In this document: positions 9,703 through 18,832 of the stretch, in pieces
Numbering within the stretch: position 1 is the first letter of the stretch
Layout: the number at the start of each line of letters is the position of its first letter
The notes under the pieces: generated by a model
Told to the model about the DNA's origin: nothing
Seen by the model: only the letters and a program-made list of their open reading frames with translations
Databases searched by the model: none
Position numbers and translations under genes: made by a program
Source of the DNA: Acidobacteriota bacterium
Lineage (GTDB): Bacteria > Acidobacteriota > Polarisedimenticolia > Gp22-AA2
Direction: 5' to 3'
Length of the DNA: 37,747 nt
Assembly (NCBI GenBank): GCA_003223145.1
Contig: QHXY01000135.1
Span: 4,288-42,034 of the forward strand

Positions 9703-10943
9703 GCCTTCGGCGTGCCGAGCTGATCGCTGTCGGTTCGGAGCTTCTCGAGCCCTGGCGCACCGACACGAACGGCTCCTACCTGTCGCGGGTGCTGGGTGAG
9801 CGCGGCATCGCGGTGCGTTTCCGCACGGTCGTCGGGGACGTCATGCAGGACATCCAGACCGCCTTCCGCGTCGCGCTCGAGCGTGCCGACCTGATCGTCG
9901 CCACCGGCGGTCTCGGTCCGACGATCGACGACCTGACGCGGGAGGCCGTCGCCGGTCTTCTCGGCCTGGCTCTTCATGAGGACGCGAGCGTCCTCCGGCG
10001 TATCGAGGAGCGATTCCGCCGGCACGCCCAGCCGATGCCGCCGCAGAACCGGCGCCAGGCGATGGTGCCCCGGGGGGCGGAAGTCCTGCCGAACTGGCTG
10101 GGGACTGCCCCCGGTCTCCTGCTGACGACCGGCACGGTCACCATCGTCCTGCTGCCGGGCGTGCCGGACGAAATGCGGTCCATCACGCAGGAGTCGGTGC
10201 TGCCGCGGCTGGGTGCGGCCGCCGAGCGCTTCGCCTACCGAATCATCAAGATCGCGGGCCTCACCGAGTCGGAGGTGGACCGGCGGCTCGCCGAGGTGGC
10301 GCGCCACGCTTCTCCAACCGACTGGACGATCCTGGCCGCTCCGGGGCAGGTGGAGATCCATCTGCGCGAGCGCGTGCCCGGCGGCCGGCCGGCCGACGCC
10401 ATCGACAGGATCGACGGTGAGATCGCCCGAGAGCTAGGGCTCCATGTGTTCGCGCGCGACGAGGAGACCATGGAAGACGTCGTCGGGAGCCTGCTGGTCG
10501 TCCGGGAAGAGAGTCTGGCCTGTGCCGAGTCGCTCACCGGAGGCGAGATTGCGCAGCGAGTCACCCGCGTGCCCGGCGCGTCGCGCTACTTCCGTGGCGG
10601 GGTCGTGGCCTACACGGAGGAAGCCAAGAGAGCGATCCTGGGCGTGCCAGCGGCCACCCTGGACGCCGAGGGGTCGGTCGGCCCGGAGACCGCGGGTGAG
10701 ATGGCGCGGGGCGCACGTCGCCTGTTCGGGTCGACCTGGGCCCTGTCGGCCACCGGGTACGCGGGACCGGAGGGAGGCGGCCCGGGCCAGCCGCCCGGGA
10801 CCGTCTTTGTCGGTCTCTCCGGTCCACGCGGGGAGGAGACCCGCGAGCTGAAGATCCCGGGAACCCGGGAGACGGTGCGCTCGCGGGCCGCCCGCACGGC
10901 GCTCGACCTTCTCCGGCGCGCGATGTCGGAAACGGCGGCATGA
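9699..10943 (+). CDS. cinA: Competence/damage-inducible protein A (MoCF-like domain plus PncC/NMN deamidase domain)
   Basis: GSELL..DTN, GGLGPTIDDLTRE, LPGVP, AESLTGG, TGYAGP; GTGA overlap. Confidence 0.95.
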   Translation: MSLRRAELIAVGSELLEPWRTDTNGSYLSRVLGERGIAVRFRTVVGDVMQDIQTAFRVALERADLIVATGGLGPTIDDLTREAVAGLLGLALHEDASVLRRIEERFRRHAQPMPPQNRRQAMVPRGAEVLPNWLGTAPGLLLTTGTVTIVLLPGVPDEMRSITQESVLPRLGAAAERFAYRIIKIAGLTESEVDRRLAEVARHASPTDWTILAAPGQVEIHLRERVPGGRPADAIDRIDGEIARELGLHVFARDEETMEDVVGSLLVVREESLACAESLTGGEIAQRVTRVPGASRYFRGGVVAYTEEAKRAILGVPAATLDAEGSVGPETAGEMARGARRLFGSTWALSATGYAGPEGGGPGQPPGTVFVGLSGPRGEETRELKIPGTRETVRSRAARTALDLLRRAMSETAA

Positions 10944-10959
10944 TATCCGGGCGAGCGGC

Positions 10960-11553
10960 GTGAGGCTGTTCGTCGCCGCCGAGCTTCCGGCAGGGCTGCG
11001 CGACAAGCTCAGTTCGATCCAGGAGTCGCTCAGACAGGCGCCCCTGCCGGTGCGGTGGGCGCGCCCGGAGGGTATCCATCTGACGTTCAAGTTCCTCGGG
11101 GAGACGCCCGACAGCCGTCTGGGCGAGATCACGGAGGTGTTGCGGCCAGCGGGGGAGGGTATCGCGCCGTTCCGACTGGAGGCGTGCGGCGCGGCCCCCT
11201 TTCCCGACCGCGGAGCTCCGCGTCTCCTCTGGGTCGAGACGCGCGGCGATCTGGAGACCACGCGACGGCTGGCCGCGTCGATCGACGCCGCAACCGCCCG
11301 CATCGGTTTCCCGGCGGAAGCCCGCGAGTTCCGACCCCATCTCACGCTCGGACGTGTCAAGGGCCCGGCCCGTGGGGAGTGGAGGGGGATGCTGGAGCGT
11401 GTGGCGGGACAGGCGGCCGGACCGTTGGAGGTGCGGGAATATGTGCTGTTCCAGAGCCGGCTTGGCCCCGCGGGCGCGCTCTATACGCCGCTCCAGCGGT
11501 TCCCGCTGGGGCGGGAGGCGGGCGCGGGGCAGCGGCCGGAGATCGAGCGGTGA
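10960..11553 (+). CDS. thpR: RNA 2',3'-cyclic phosphodiesterase (2H family)
   Basis: MRLFVA, two HxT motifs (HLTFKFLG, FRPHLTLGR); usual position after cinA. Confidence 0.94.
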   Translation: MRLFVAAELPAGLRDKLSSIQESLRQAPLPVRWARPEGIHLTFKFLGETPDSRLGEITEVLRPAGEGIAPFRLEACGAAPFPDRGAPRLLWVETRGDLETTRRLAASIDAATARIGFPAEAREFRPHLTLGRVKGPARGEWRGMLERVAGQAAGPLEVREYVLFQSRLGPAGALYTPLQRFPLGREAGAGQRPEIER

Positions 11554-12158
11554 CCGTCATGGAGGTGCTCTGTCTGAGCCTGGCGTTCATTCTCGGCAGC
11601 CTGCCGTTTTCCCAGCTGATCGCGAAACGGCGTGGCGTCGATCTCCGATCGGTCGGGAGCGGCAACGCGGGGGCGACCAATCTGGCGCGCGTCCTGGGCT
11701 ACGGGGCGGGTGCCACCGGCCTGCTGCTCGACGCCGCCAAGGGGGCCGCCGCGGTCGGGCTGGCGCGCGTGATTCTCGGAGCGGCGGTGACTCCCGCGGT
11801 CACGGCGGGCACGGCAGTTCTGGCGGTCGCCGGTCATGCCTTCTCGCCGTTGCTGCATTTCAGAGGCGGCAAAGGGGTGGCGACGGGCGCGGGCGCCTTC
11901 GCCGTCCTGGCGCCGCGGGCCACGCTCGCGGCGCTCGGCGTGTTCGCGGTCGTGCTGGCCCTCGGTCGCGTGGTGGGACTCGCCTCCGTCCTGGCCGCCC
12001 TCACGCTGCCGGTGGCCGCCCACGTTCTCGGAGCACAGCGCGCGGTGACCGCCGCGGCCGCGCTGGTCGCCGCGCTGGTCATCCTCAGACACCGCGACAA
12101 TCTCCTCCGGCTGGTGCGCGGCACGGAGCACAGGCTGGGCGCGGGGGGCGACCGGTGA
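11550..12158 (+). CDS. plsY: Glycerol-3-phosphate acyltransferase
   Basis: GSGNAGATN, DAAKG, GH..S...FRGGKGVAT, HRDNL.RL..GTE; GTG start overlapping the thpR stop (alternative ATG 11559). Confidence 0.96.
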   Translation: MTVMEVLCLSLAFILGSLPFSQLIAKRRGVDLRSVGSGNAGATNLARVLGYGAGATGLLLDAAKGAAAVGLARVILGAAVTPAVTAGTAVLAVAGHAFSPLLHFRGGKGVATGAGAFAVLAPRATLAALGVFAVVLALGRVVGLASVLAALTLPVAAHVLGAQRAVTAAAALVAALVILRHRDNLLRLVRGTEHRLGAGGDR

Positions 12159-13201
12159 CGAGGGTCCGCCAGGAGGGGGGGAGGCACCCCGGATCGGACC
12201 CCGGGCACGCCGCGGTGCTCGGAGCGGGGTCGTGGGGGACGGCGCTGGCGGTGCACCTGGCGCGCTCCGGCAGGCGCGCGGTCCTGTGGTCCCGGAGCGC
12301 GCGCGGCGCCGAGGCTCTCGGCGCTGCCCGCGAGAACGCCGTTTACCTTCCTGGCCATCACTTCCCGGAGACGCTGCAAGTGACCGGCGATCTCCACGAG
12401 GCGTTGCGCGGGGCCGGCATCGTGTTGTTTGTCGTGCCGGCGCAGTGGAGCCGTCCGATCTACCGCGCCGCGTCGGAGCATCTGGAAGCTGCCGTCGATC
12501 TGGTCATCGCCTCGAAGGGGATCGAGCAGGACAGCCTGCTGCGGCTCTCGGAGGTCATGGCGCAGGAGGCGGGGGACGAGGCGGGGGAGCGGGTCGCCGT
12601 CCTGTCGGGGCCCAGCTTCGCGGCCGAGGTGGCGCGTGGCGATCCGACGGCGGTCGTGATCGCATCGGAGGACGCCGGAGTGTCCGCCCGCGTGCAGACG
12701 AGCTTGTCGCACGGTAATCTGCGTGTCTACCGCAATGCCGATCGGGTCGGCGTGGAGATCGCGGGCTCGCTCAAGAACGTCGTCGCCCTGGCCACCGGGA
12801 TTGCCGAGGGTCTGGGGTTCGGTTCGAACACGCGCGCCGCCCTGATCACGCGCGGCATGGCCGAGATCGCCCGCCTCGGCACCTGCCTCGGCGGCCGGGC
12901 CGGGACGTTCGCCGGTCTGGCAGGCGCGGGTGACCTGATTCTCACCTGCACCGGGGAGCTGAGCCGCAACCGTTCCGTCGGGATCGAGATCGGTCGCGGC
13001 CGCCGCCTGGACGAGGTGCTGCAGGGCATGCGGATGGTCGCCGAAGGGGTCGCGACCACGCGCGCGGCGGTGGCGCTGGCGCGCCGTCGGAGCGTCGAGC
13101 TGCCGATCGCGCAGAAAGTGCATCAGGTCCTGTTCGAGGCGGTGCCGGCGCGCGAGGCCGTGGCCGACCTGCTGGCGCGGCCGCTCAGGGAGGAGACGTG
13201 A
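12155..13201 (+). CDS. gpsA: NAD(P)H-dependent glycerol-3-phosphate dehydrogenase
   Basis: VLGAGSWGTALA, SKGIE, LSGPSFA, GSLKNVVA, GDLILTC, SRN, EGV; GTGA overlap. Confidence 0.97.
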   Translation: MTRVRQEGGRHPGSDPGHAAVLGAGSWGTALAVHLARSGRRAVLWSRSARGAEALGAARENAVYLPGHHFPETLQVTGDLHEALRGAGIVLFVVPAQWSRPIYRAASEHLEAAVDLVIASKGIEQDSLLRLSEVMAQEAGDEAGERVAVLSGPSFAAEVARGDPTAVVIASEDAGVSARVQTSLSHGNLRVYRNADRVGVEIAGSLKNVVALATGIAEGLGFGSNTRAALITRGMAEIARLGTCLGGRAGTFAGLAGAGDLILTCTGELSRNRSVGIEIGRGRRLDEVLQGMRMVAEGVATTRAAVALARRRSVELPIAQKVHQVLFEAVPAREAVADLLARPLREET

Positions 13202-13992
13202 TCGATCTGCACAATCATCTCCTCCCCGGCATCGACGACGGGGCCAAGAAACTCGAGGAAACGCTGGAATTCCTGCGCATCGCGAGCCGGGACGGCGTGA
13301 AGGTGGTGGTCGCCACACCGCACATGAAACCCGGTGTGTACGACAACCGGCGCGAGACCATCCTCCAGCGGGTCGCTCTGGTGCGCGAGGCGCAAAGAGG
13401 CGACGAGTCCGAAGGCGTGACGCTCCTTCCCGGCGCCGAGGTCTACTACACCGCCGACCTCGCGGCGCGGGCGCGGGCGAATGAGCTGATGACCGTCGGT
13501 GATGGCGGTCGTTATCTGCTCCTCGAGCTGCCGTACCAGCAGGCCCCGCTGCGCGTGGACGACACGATCTTTCAGTTGAGGCTCCTCGGGATCACACCCC
13601 TCATGGCGCATCCCGAGCGGGTGGCTTACTACCTCGAGGACATCGAGCGGGTGGCCGCTTCCGTCCGGCTCGGGGCGCTGACGCAGGTGACCGGGTCCTC
13701 GCTCACCGGCAGGTTCGGAGACAAGGCGCGCGATTTTGCGCGCGCCATGCTGGAGCGCAATCTGATTCACGTTCTCGCCTCCGACGGCCACGACGTGCGC
13801 TACCGGCCGCCGGTCCTGTCGGATGCGGTGCGAGCGGTGGACTCTCTGATCGGGGAGACTGCGGCACGCCGTCTCGTGGAAGACACGCCGCAGGCGATCC
13901 TGGACGGCCGGGAGGTCGAGATCGAAGAGGCCCTCCCGCCCTTTCGCCGGCGCGGGCTGTTCTCACGAGTTCGATCTTTCTTCCATCGCTAA
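13198..13992 (+). CDS. CpsB/CapC/YwqE-family PHP protein-tyrosine phosphatase
   Basis: MIDLHNHLLPGIDDGA, ATPH, GAEV, YLLLELP, AHPER, ASDGH. Confidence 0.92.
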   Translation: MIDLHNHLLPGIDDGAKKLEETLEFLRIASRDGVKVVVATPHMKPGVYDNRRETILQRVALVREAQRGDESEGVTLLPGAEVYYTADLAARARANELMTVGDGGRYLLLELPYQQAPLRVDDTIFQLRLLGITPLMAHPERVAYYLEDIERVAASVRLGALTQVTGSSLTGRFGDKARDFARAMLERNLIHVLASDGHDVRYRPPVLSDAVRAVDSLIGETAARRLVEDTPQAILDGREVEIEEALPPFRRRGLFSRVRSFFHR

Positions 13993-14021
13993 TTTACAAA
14001 AGTCGTTACGTTTGATAGGAT
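13993..14021 (+). promoter_or_regulatory. Putative sigma70-type promoter (extended -10) for the TPR-ftsY-rib-ffh run
   Basis: TTTACA (13993-98), 17 bp spacer, TGa-TAGGAT (14013-21), in an AT-rich gap. Confidence 0.65.
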
Positions 14022-14080
14022 TACACCTCCGCGGAGCGGCGGAAATCCGCGCCCGCCAGTGCGTCAAGACGAGGAGAGCA

Positions 14081-14773
14081 TTGAAGGCTGTGCGCGTTCT
14101 GTCCGCCCCGGCGGCCGCTGTCGTCTTCACCCTGGTCCTCCTGGGGCTGGGTCTCGTCCTGCCGGCCATGGCGTCGCGATCGGAAAAGCGGGACGATGCG
14201 CAGCGCTATTTCCGCCTGGCCCAGGTGCAGTACGAGCAGGGAAGCACCCGGAACGCCATCGAATCGGTGCAGAAGGCCCTCAAGCTCGATCCCGACTACG
14301 CCGAGGCCCACTATTATCTCGGGTTCATTCACTACCAGCAGAGCGAGTACAAGCCGGCCGAGAAGGAATTCCGCAGGGCGATTCACCTGAATTCGTATTA
14401 CACGGACGCTCACAACCATCTCGGACTGGTCTACAGGGAGATGAAAGAGTACGACAAGGCGCTGAGCGAATTTCAGACGGCGCTCAACGACAAGTCGTAC
14501 AAGTCCCCGGAGAAGATCTACCTCAACATCGGCCACCTCTATCTGGTCCGCAGCATGTTCCCCGAGGCGATCACGAGTTTCCAGAAATCGGTGGCGCTCA
14601 ACCCATCTTACCTGCGCGGCATGCTCGGGCTCGGAACGGCTTATTTCCGGGCCGGCCAAAAGGATCTGGCCGACAAGGAGCTGCGCAAGGTGGTCGCCCT
14701 CGGACCCGACTCCCCGGAAGCCGCGCAGGCGCGGCTGCTGCTCGACCCGAAGGCCAAGCCGGCGGGATCATGA
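14081..14773 (+). CDS. Exported TPR protein, PilW/PilF/Tgl-like
   Basis: GAGGAG RBS before TTG 14081; hydrophobic signal ending AMA; about 5 TPRs (AEAHYYLG, DAHNHLG, Y.SPEKIYLNIG). Confidence 0.78.
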   Translation: MKAVRVLSAPAAAVVFTLVLLGLGLVLPAMASRSEKRDDAQRYFRLAQVQYEQGSTRNAIESVQKALKLDPDYAEAHYYLGFIHYQQSEYKPAEKEFRRAIHLNSYYTDAHNHLGLVYREMKEYDKALSEFQTALNDKSYKSPEKIYLNIGHLYLVRSMFPEAITSFQKSVALNPSYLRGMLGLGTAYFRAGQKDLADKELRKVVALGPDSPEAAQARLLLDPKAKPAGS

Positions 14774-15714
14774 CCGCGCCGGAGCCGCCGAAGGGCGCCG
14801 GGCGCATTGAACGGCTGCGCCAGGGATTGCGCCGCACCCGGGAAGGCATCCTGGGTCGTCTCGGTTCCCTGTTCCGCTCCGGGGCGATTGTCGGGGACTG
14901 GCGCGGCGATCTCGAAAGCGCGCTTCTGCAGGCGGACCTGGGGCCCAAGACGACCGATCGGATCGTGGAGGCGGTTGCGGCCGGGGCGAAGGGTGCCGCG
15001 CCCCCGTCGTGGGACGGAGTGAGAGACACGGCGCGCAGCGTGCTGCGTGACATCCTCTCCGCCAGACCGCAGGCTCCGGCGGCGTCGTGGCAGCCTCCGC
15101 GGGTCATCCTCGTGGTGGGTGTGAACGGCGGGGGCAAGACGACGACCGCCGGCAAGCTGGCGCGGCGGATCCGGGGCGAGGGGAAGAGGGTCGTCCTGTG
15201 CGCCGCCGACACATTCCGCGCCGGCGCCGGTGAGCAGTTGCGCCAGTGGGCCGAGCGTGCCGGGGCCGAATTTGTCGGCCACCGGCCGGGAGCGGACCCG
15301 TCGGCGGTGGTCTACGACGCGGCCGCCGCGGCGCTGGCGCGCGGCGCCGATGCGCTGGTGGTTGACACGGCCGGGCGGCTGCACACTCAGGACCCTTTGA
15401 TGCGGGAGCTGGAGAAGATCGTGCGTGTCGTCGGGCGGCGCATCGCAGGAGCGCCTCACGACGTGCTCCTGGTGCTGGACGCCACCACCGGACAGAACGG
15501 CGTCAGCCAGGCGCGGCAGTTCCTCGACGCGGCGCACGTCAACGGGCTGGTGGTGACCAAGCTGGACGGCACGGCCAAGGGGGGCGTGGCCGTGCGGATC
15601 GTCCAGGAGCTCGGCATTCCGCTGCGCTACATCGGCGTCGGCGAGGGGCCGGACGACCTCCTGGATTTCGATCCGGACGAGTTCCTGGAAGGGCTGCTGC
15701 CCTCGGCCGCGTGA
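14770..15714 (+). CDS. ftsY: Signal recognition particle receptor FtsY
   Basis: GVNGGGKTTT, DTFRA, DTAGR, DATTGQN, TKLDGTAKGG; ATGA overlap. Confidence 0.97.
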   Translation: MTAPEPPKGAGRIERLRQGLRRTREGILGRLGSLFRSGAIVGDWRGDLESALLQADLGPKTTDRIVEAVAAGAKGAAPPSWDGVRDTARSVLRDILSARPQAPAASWQPPRVILVVGVNGGGKTTTAGKLARRIRGEGKRVVLCAADTFRAGAGEQLRQWAERAGAEFVGHRPGADPSAVVYDAAAAALARGADALVVDTAGRLHTQDPLMRELEKIVRVVGRRIAGAPHDVLLVLDATTGQNGVSQARQFLDAAHVNGLVVTKLDGTAKGGVAVRIVQELGIPLRYIGVGEGPDDLLDFDPDEFLEGLLPSAA

Positions 15715-16904
15715 GCGCTGGGACGGTCGGGACGGGGCGCCGGCGGGGCGCGGCGCGGCGACGGGGATTGAGTCGGGACGGGGAGCGATTTCTTCGCCTG
15801 GCATTGAAGCTGGCCGCCCGGGGGGAAGGCGAAACTTCACCGAACCCCATGGTCGGGGCCGTGCTGGTGCGGGACGGGCGTGTGGTGGGCAGCGGATACC
15901 ACACGCGCGCCGGCGCCCCGCATGCCGAGGCGGTGGCGCTCGAGCAGGCGGGCAGCCGCGCGCATGGCGCGGTGCTGTACGTGAACCTTGAGCCGTGCTG
16001 CCACTTCGGGCGCACTCCTCCGTGCGTCGACGCGATCGTGGCCGCGAGGGTGCGCGAGGTGGTGGCCTGCATGCGCGACCCGGACCGGCGCGTCCGGGGC
16101 AAGGGGTTCCGCGCCCTGGGGGCGGCCGGGGTGCGGGTGCGTGTGGGATTGCTGGAGCGCGATGCGCGACGGCTGAACGAGCGTTTCCTGCGGCGGGTCG
16201 CCGCCGGCCGGCCGTTCGTGACGCTGAAGGCGGGCATGAGCCTCGACGGACGGATCGCCACGCGATCCGGCGAGTCGAAGTGGATCACTTCGCAGCACGC
16301 GCGGGCGGCGGGGCGCGAGCTGCGGTGTGCGCATGACGCGGTGATGGTCGGCGTGAACACGGTGCTGCGCGACGATCCCCGGCTGACGGCGGGACCGGCG
16401 CCACGCGAGGGGGCAGTGGCGATGTTGCGGCCGCTTCCCGCGCGGGTGGTGCTCGACGGACGTCTGAGGACGCCGCCGGGCGCGCGGCTCCTGCGTGCCG
16501 CCGGCGGACAGCCGATCATCGTGACGCTGCCGGGGGCGCCGGTGCAACGTCGCCGCCGGCTCGAAAAGGCCGGCGCCCTGGTGCTCGAGGTGGCCGGGCG
16601 CAACGGGCGGATCAGCGTCGGGGCGGCGCTCCGGGAGCTCGGCCGACGCGGTCTCAGCAGCGTGCTGATCGAAGGGGGTTCGGAGCTCCTGGGTTCGGCC
16701 CTGGACGAGCGTCTCGGTGATCGTCTCGTGGTGTTCGTGGCGGCCCGCCTGATCGGAGGGCGCCGGTTGCTACCGGTCTTCGGAGGCCGGGGCGCGGCGG
16801 AGCTGCGCCAGGCACCGAGGCTGCGGGAGGTCACGGTGCGGACGGTCGGACCGGACCTGAGGGTCGAGGGCCGGCTGGAGTTCCCACGCCGGGGAGGCGG
16901 TTGA
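15711..16904 (+). CDS. ribD: Riboflavin biosynthesis deaminase/reductase
   Basis: PNPMVG, HAE, LEPCCHFGRTPPC, SLDG, WIT, EGG. Confidence 0.97.
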   Translation: MSAGTVGTGRRRGAARRRGLSRDGERFLRLALKLAARGEGETSPNPMVGAVLVRDGRVVGSGYHTRAGAPHAEAVALEQAGSRAHGAVLYVNLEPCCHFGRTPPCVDAIVAARVREVVACMRDPDRRVRGKGFRALGAAGVRVRVGLLERDARRLNERFLRRVAAGRPFVTLKAGMSLDGRIATRSGESKWITSQHARAAGRELRCAHDAVMVGVNTVLRDDPRLTAGPAPREGAVAMLRPLPARVVLDGRLRTPPGARLLRAAGGQPIIVTLPGAPVQRRRRLEKAGALVLEVAGRNGRISVGAALRELGRRGLSSVLIEGGSELLGSALDERLGDRLVVFVAARLIGGRRLLPVFGGRGAAELRQAPRLREVTVRTVGPDLRVEGRLEFPRRGGG

Positions 16905-16910
16905 TAGGCG

Positions 16911-17579
16911 ATGTTCACGGGCCTGGTGCAGACGACCGGACGGATCGTCCACCTGGAGCGCCTCGGAGGAGAGCGCCGGGTGCGGGTCGAGGCCCCGTTC
17001 GCCGCCGATCTGCGGCGGGGGGAGAGCGTTGCCGTCGACGGTGTCTGCCTGACGGTGACACGATGCGCCGACGCGTGGTTCGAGGCGGTGGTCTCCCCGG
17101 AGACCCTGTCGCGCACCACCCTCGTCTTGCGCGCGCCGCGCGACCGGGTGAACCTGGAGCGGGCGCTGCGGGCGGGTGATCGTCTTGGAGGCCATATCGT
17201 GCAGGGTCACGTGGACGGCGTCGGCGTGGTCGAGGCGATGCGGCCCGAGGGAACCGGCGCCCGGACGCGCGTCCGCTTTCCGGCGGGGCTGTCGGACTGC
17301 ATCGTCACGAAAGGATCGATCGCCGTGGACGGGGTCAGCCTGACGGTGGCGGACGTGCGGGGCCGGTGTTTCGAGGTGGCGCTCATCCCGGAGACCCTGG
17401 CGAGCACCCGGCTGCGGGAGTACGCCCCCGGCACGGCGGTCAATCTCGAGGTGGACATCATGGGACGTTATGTGGTCGAGTATCTGAGGGGGCGGGCGGC
17501 GGGAAGCCGGTCGGGCCCCGCGGTCACCCGGGATGATCTCGCCCGGCACGGGTTCGCAGGGAAGGAAGGATCGCGATGA
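16911..17579 (+). CDS. ribE: Riboflavin synthase (alpha chain)
   Basis: [38 protein letters not shown]. Confidence 0.97.
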   Translation: MFTGLVQTTGRIVHLERLGGERRVRVEAPFAADLRRGESVAVDGVCLTVTRCADAWFEAVVSPETLSRTTLVLRAPRDRVNLERALRAGDRLGGHIVQGHVDGVGVVEAMRPEGTGARTRVRFPAGLSDCIVTKGSIAVDGVSLTVADVRGRCFEVALIPETLASTRLREYAPGTAVNLEVDIMGRYVVEYLRGRAAGSRSGPAVTRDDLARHGFAGKEGSR

Positions 17580-18808
17580 GCAGGAGCGGGAACGGCCGGG
17601 ACGGATCGGGCTTCGCCCCCATCGAGGACGCCATCCTCGATGTGGCCCGCGGGCGCTTCGTCATCGTGGTGGACGACGAGGACCGCGAGAACGAGGGAGA
17701 CCTGACCATCGCCGCGGAGAAGGTGAACCCCGAAGCGATCAACTTCATGGCGCGCTACGGGCGCGGCCTCATCTGCATGCCGATGACCGAGGAGCGGCTG
17801 GAGGAGCTGGAAGTCCCGCTGATGGTGAAGGACAACACCTCCCCCTACAACACGGCCTTCTGCGTGTCGATCGAGGCCCGGCGCAACGTCTCCACCGGAA
17901 TCTCGGCGGCCGATCGCGCCCATACCGTGAAAGTCGCCATCGATCCGCGCACGCGCCCGCGCGACCTGACGCGCCCGGGCCACATGTTCCCGTTGCGGGC
18001 GCACAAGGGGGGGGTGCTGAAGCGCGCCGGGCAGACCGAGGCAGCGGTCGACCTGGCCCGGATGGCGGGCCTGTATCCCGCCGGGGTCATCTGCGAGATC
18101 ATGAACGACGACGGCACGATGGCGCGCCTGCCCGACCTGATGCAGTTCTCCCGGCGTCACGGCGTCAGGATGATCACAGTCGCCGATCTCATCGCCTACC
18201 GCATGCGCAACGAGCGTCTGGTGCACCGCGTGGCGCAGCCGTCCCTGCCGACGATCTACGGTGACTTCCGGCTGGTCGCCTACCGCAGCGGCATCGAGCG
18301 CAAGACCCATCTGGCCCTCGTTCTGGGCGAGGTCAAGACGGAAGACAAGGTCTTGGTGCGCGTGCACTCGGAGTGCATCACCGGTGATGTGTTCGGATCG
18401 CTGCGCTGCGACTGCGGCACGCAGCTCCGCAGCGCCATGGAGATCGTGTCGCGGGCCGGCCAGGGCGTGATCGTCTATCTGCGGCAGGAGGGCCGTGGGA
18501 TCGGGCTCATCAACAAGCTGCGCGCCTACGAGCTCCAGGACCAGGGCAAGGACACGGTGGAGGCGAATCACAAGCTCGGCTTCAAGGCCGATCACAGGGA
18601 CTACGGCATCGGGGCGCAGATTCTGCGCGATCTCGGGTGCCAAAAGATCCGCGTCCTGACCAACAACCCGGGCAAGTTCTCGGCCCTGAGGGGCTACGGG
18701 CTGGAGATCGTCGAGCGGGTGCCCCTCGAGGTGGCCCCCAACGACAACTCCCGCAGGTATCTCAAGACGAAGAAGGAGAAGATGGGGCACCTGTTGTCGC
18801 TCGTTTGA
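17576..18808 (+). CDS. ribBA: Bifunctional DHBP synthase/GTP cyclohydrolase II
   Basis: [43 protein letters not shown]. Confidence 0.98.
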   Translation: MSRSGNGRDGSGFAPIEDAILDVARGRFVIVVDDEDRENEGDLTIAAEKVNPEAINFMARYGRGLICMPMTEERLEELEVPLMVKDNTSPYNTAFCVSIEARRNVSTGISAADRAHTVKVAIDPRTRPRDLTRPGHMFPLRAHKGGVLKRAGQTEAAVDLARMAGLYPAGVICEIMNDDGTMARLPDLMQFSRRHGVRMITVADLIAYRMRNERLVHRVAQPSLPTIYGDFRLVAYRSGIERKTHLALVLGEVKTEDKVLVRVHSECITGDVFGSLRCDCGTQLRSAMEIVSRAGQGVIVYLRQEGRGIGLINKLRAYELQDQGKDTVEANHKLGFKADHRDYGIGAQILRDLGCQKIRVLTNNPGKFSALRGYGLEIVERVPLEVAPNDNSRRYLKTKKEKMGHLLSLV

Positions 18809-18832
18809 GCGGCCGGGCTCCGCAGAGGACGC

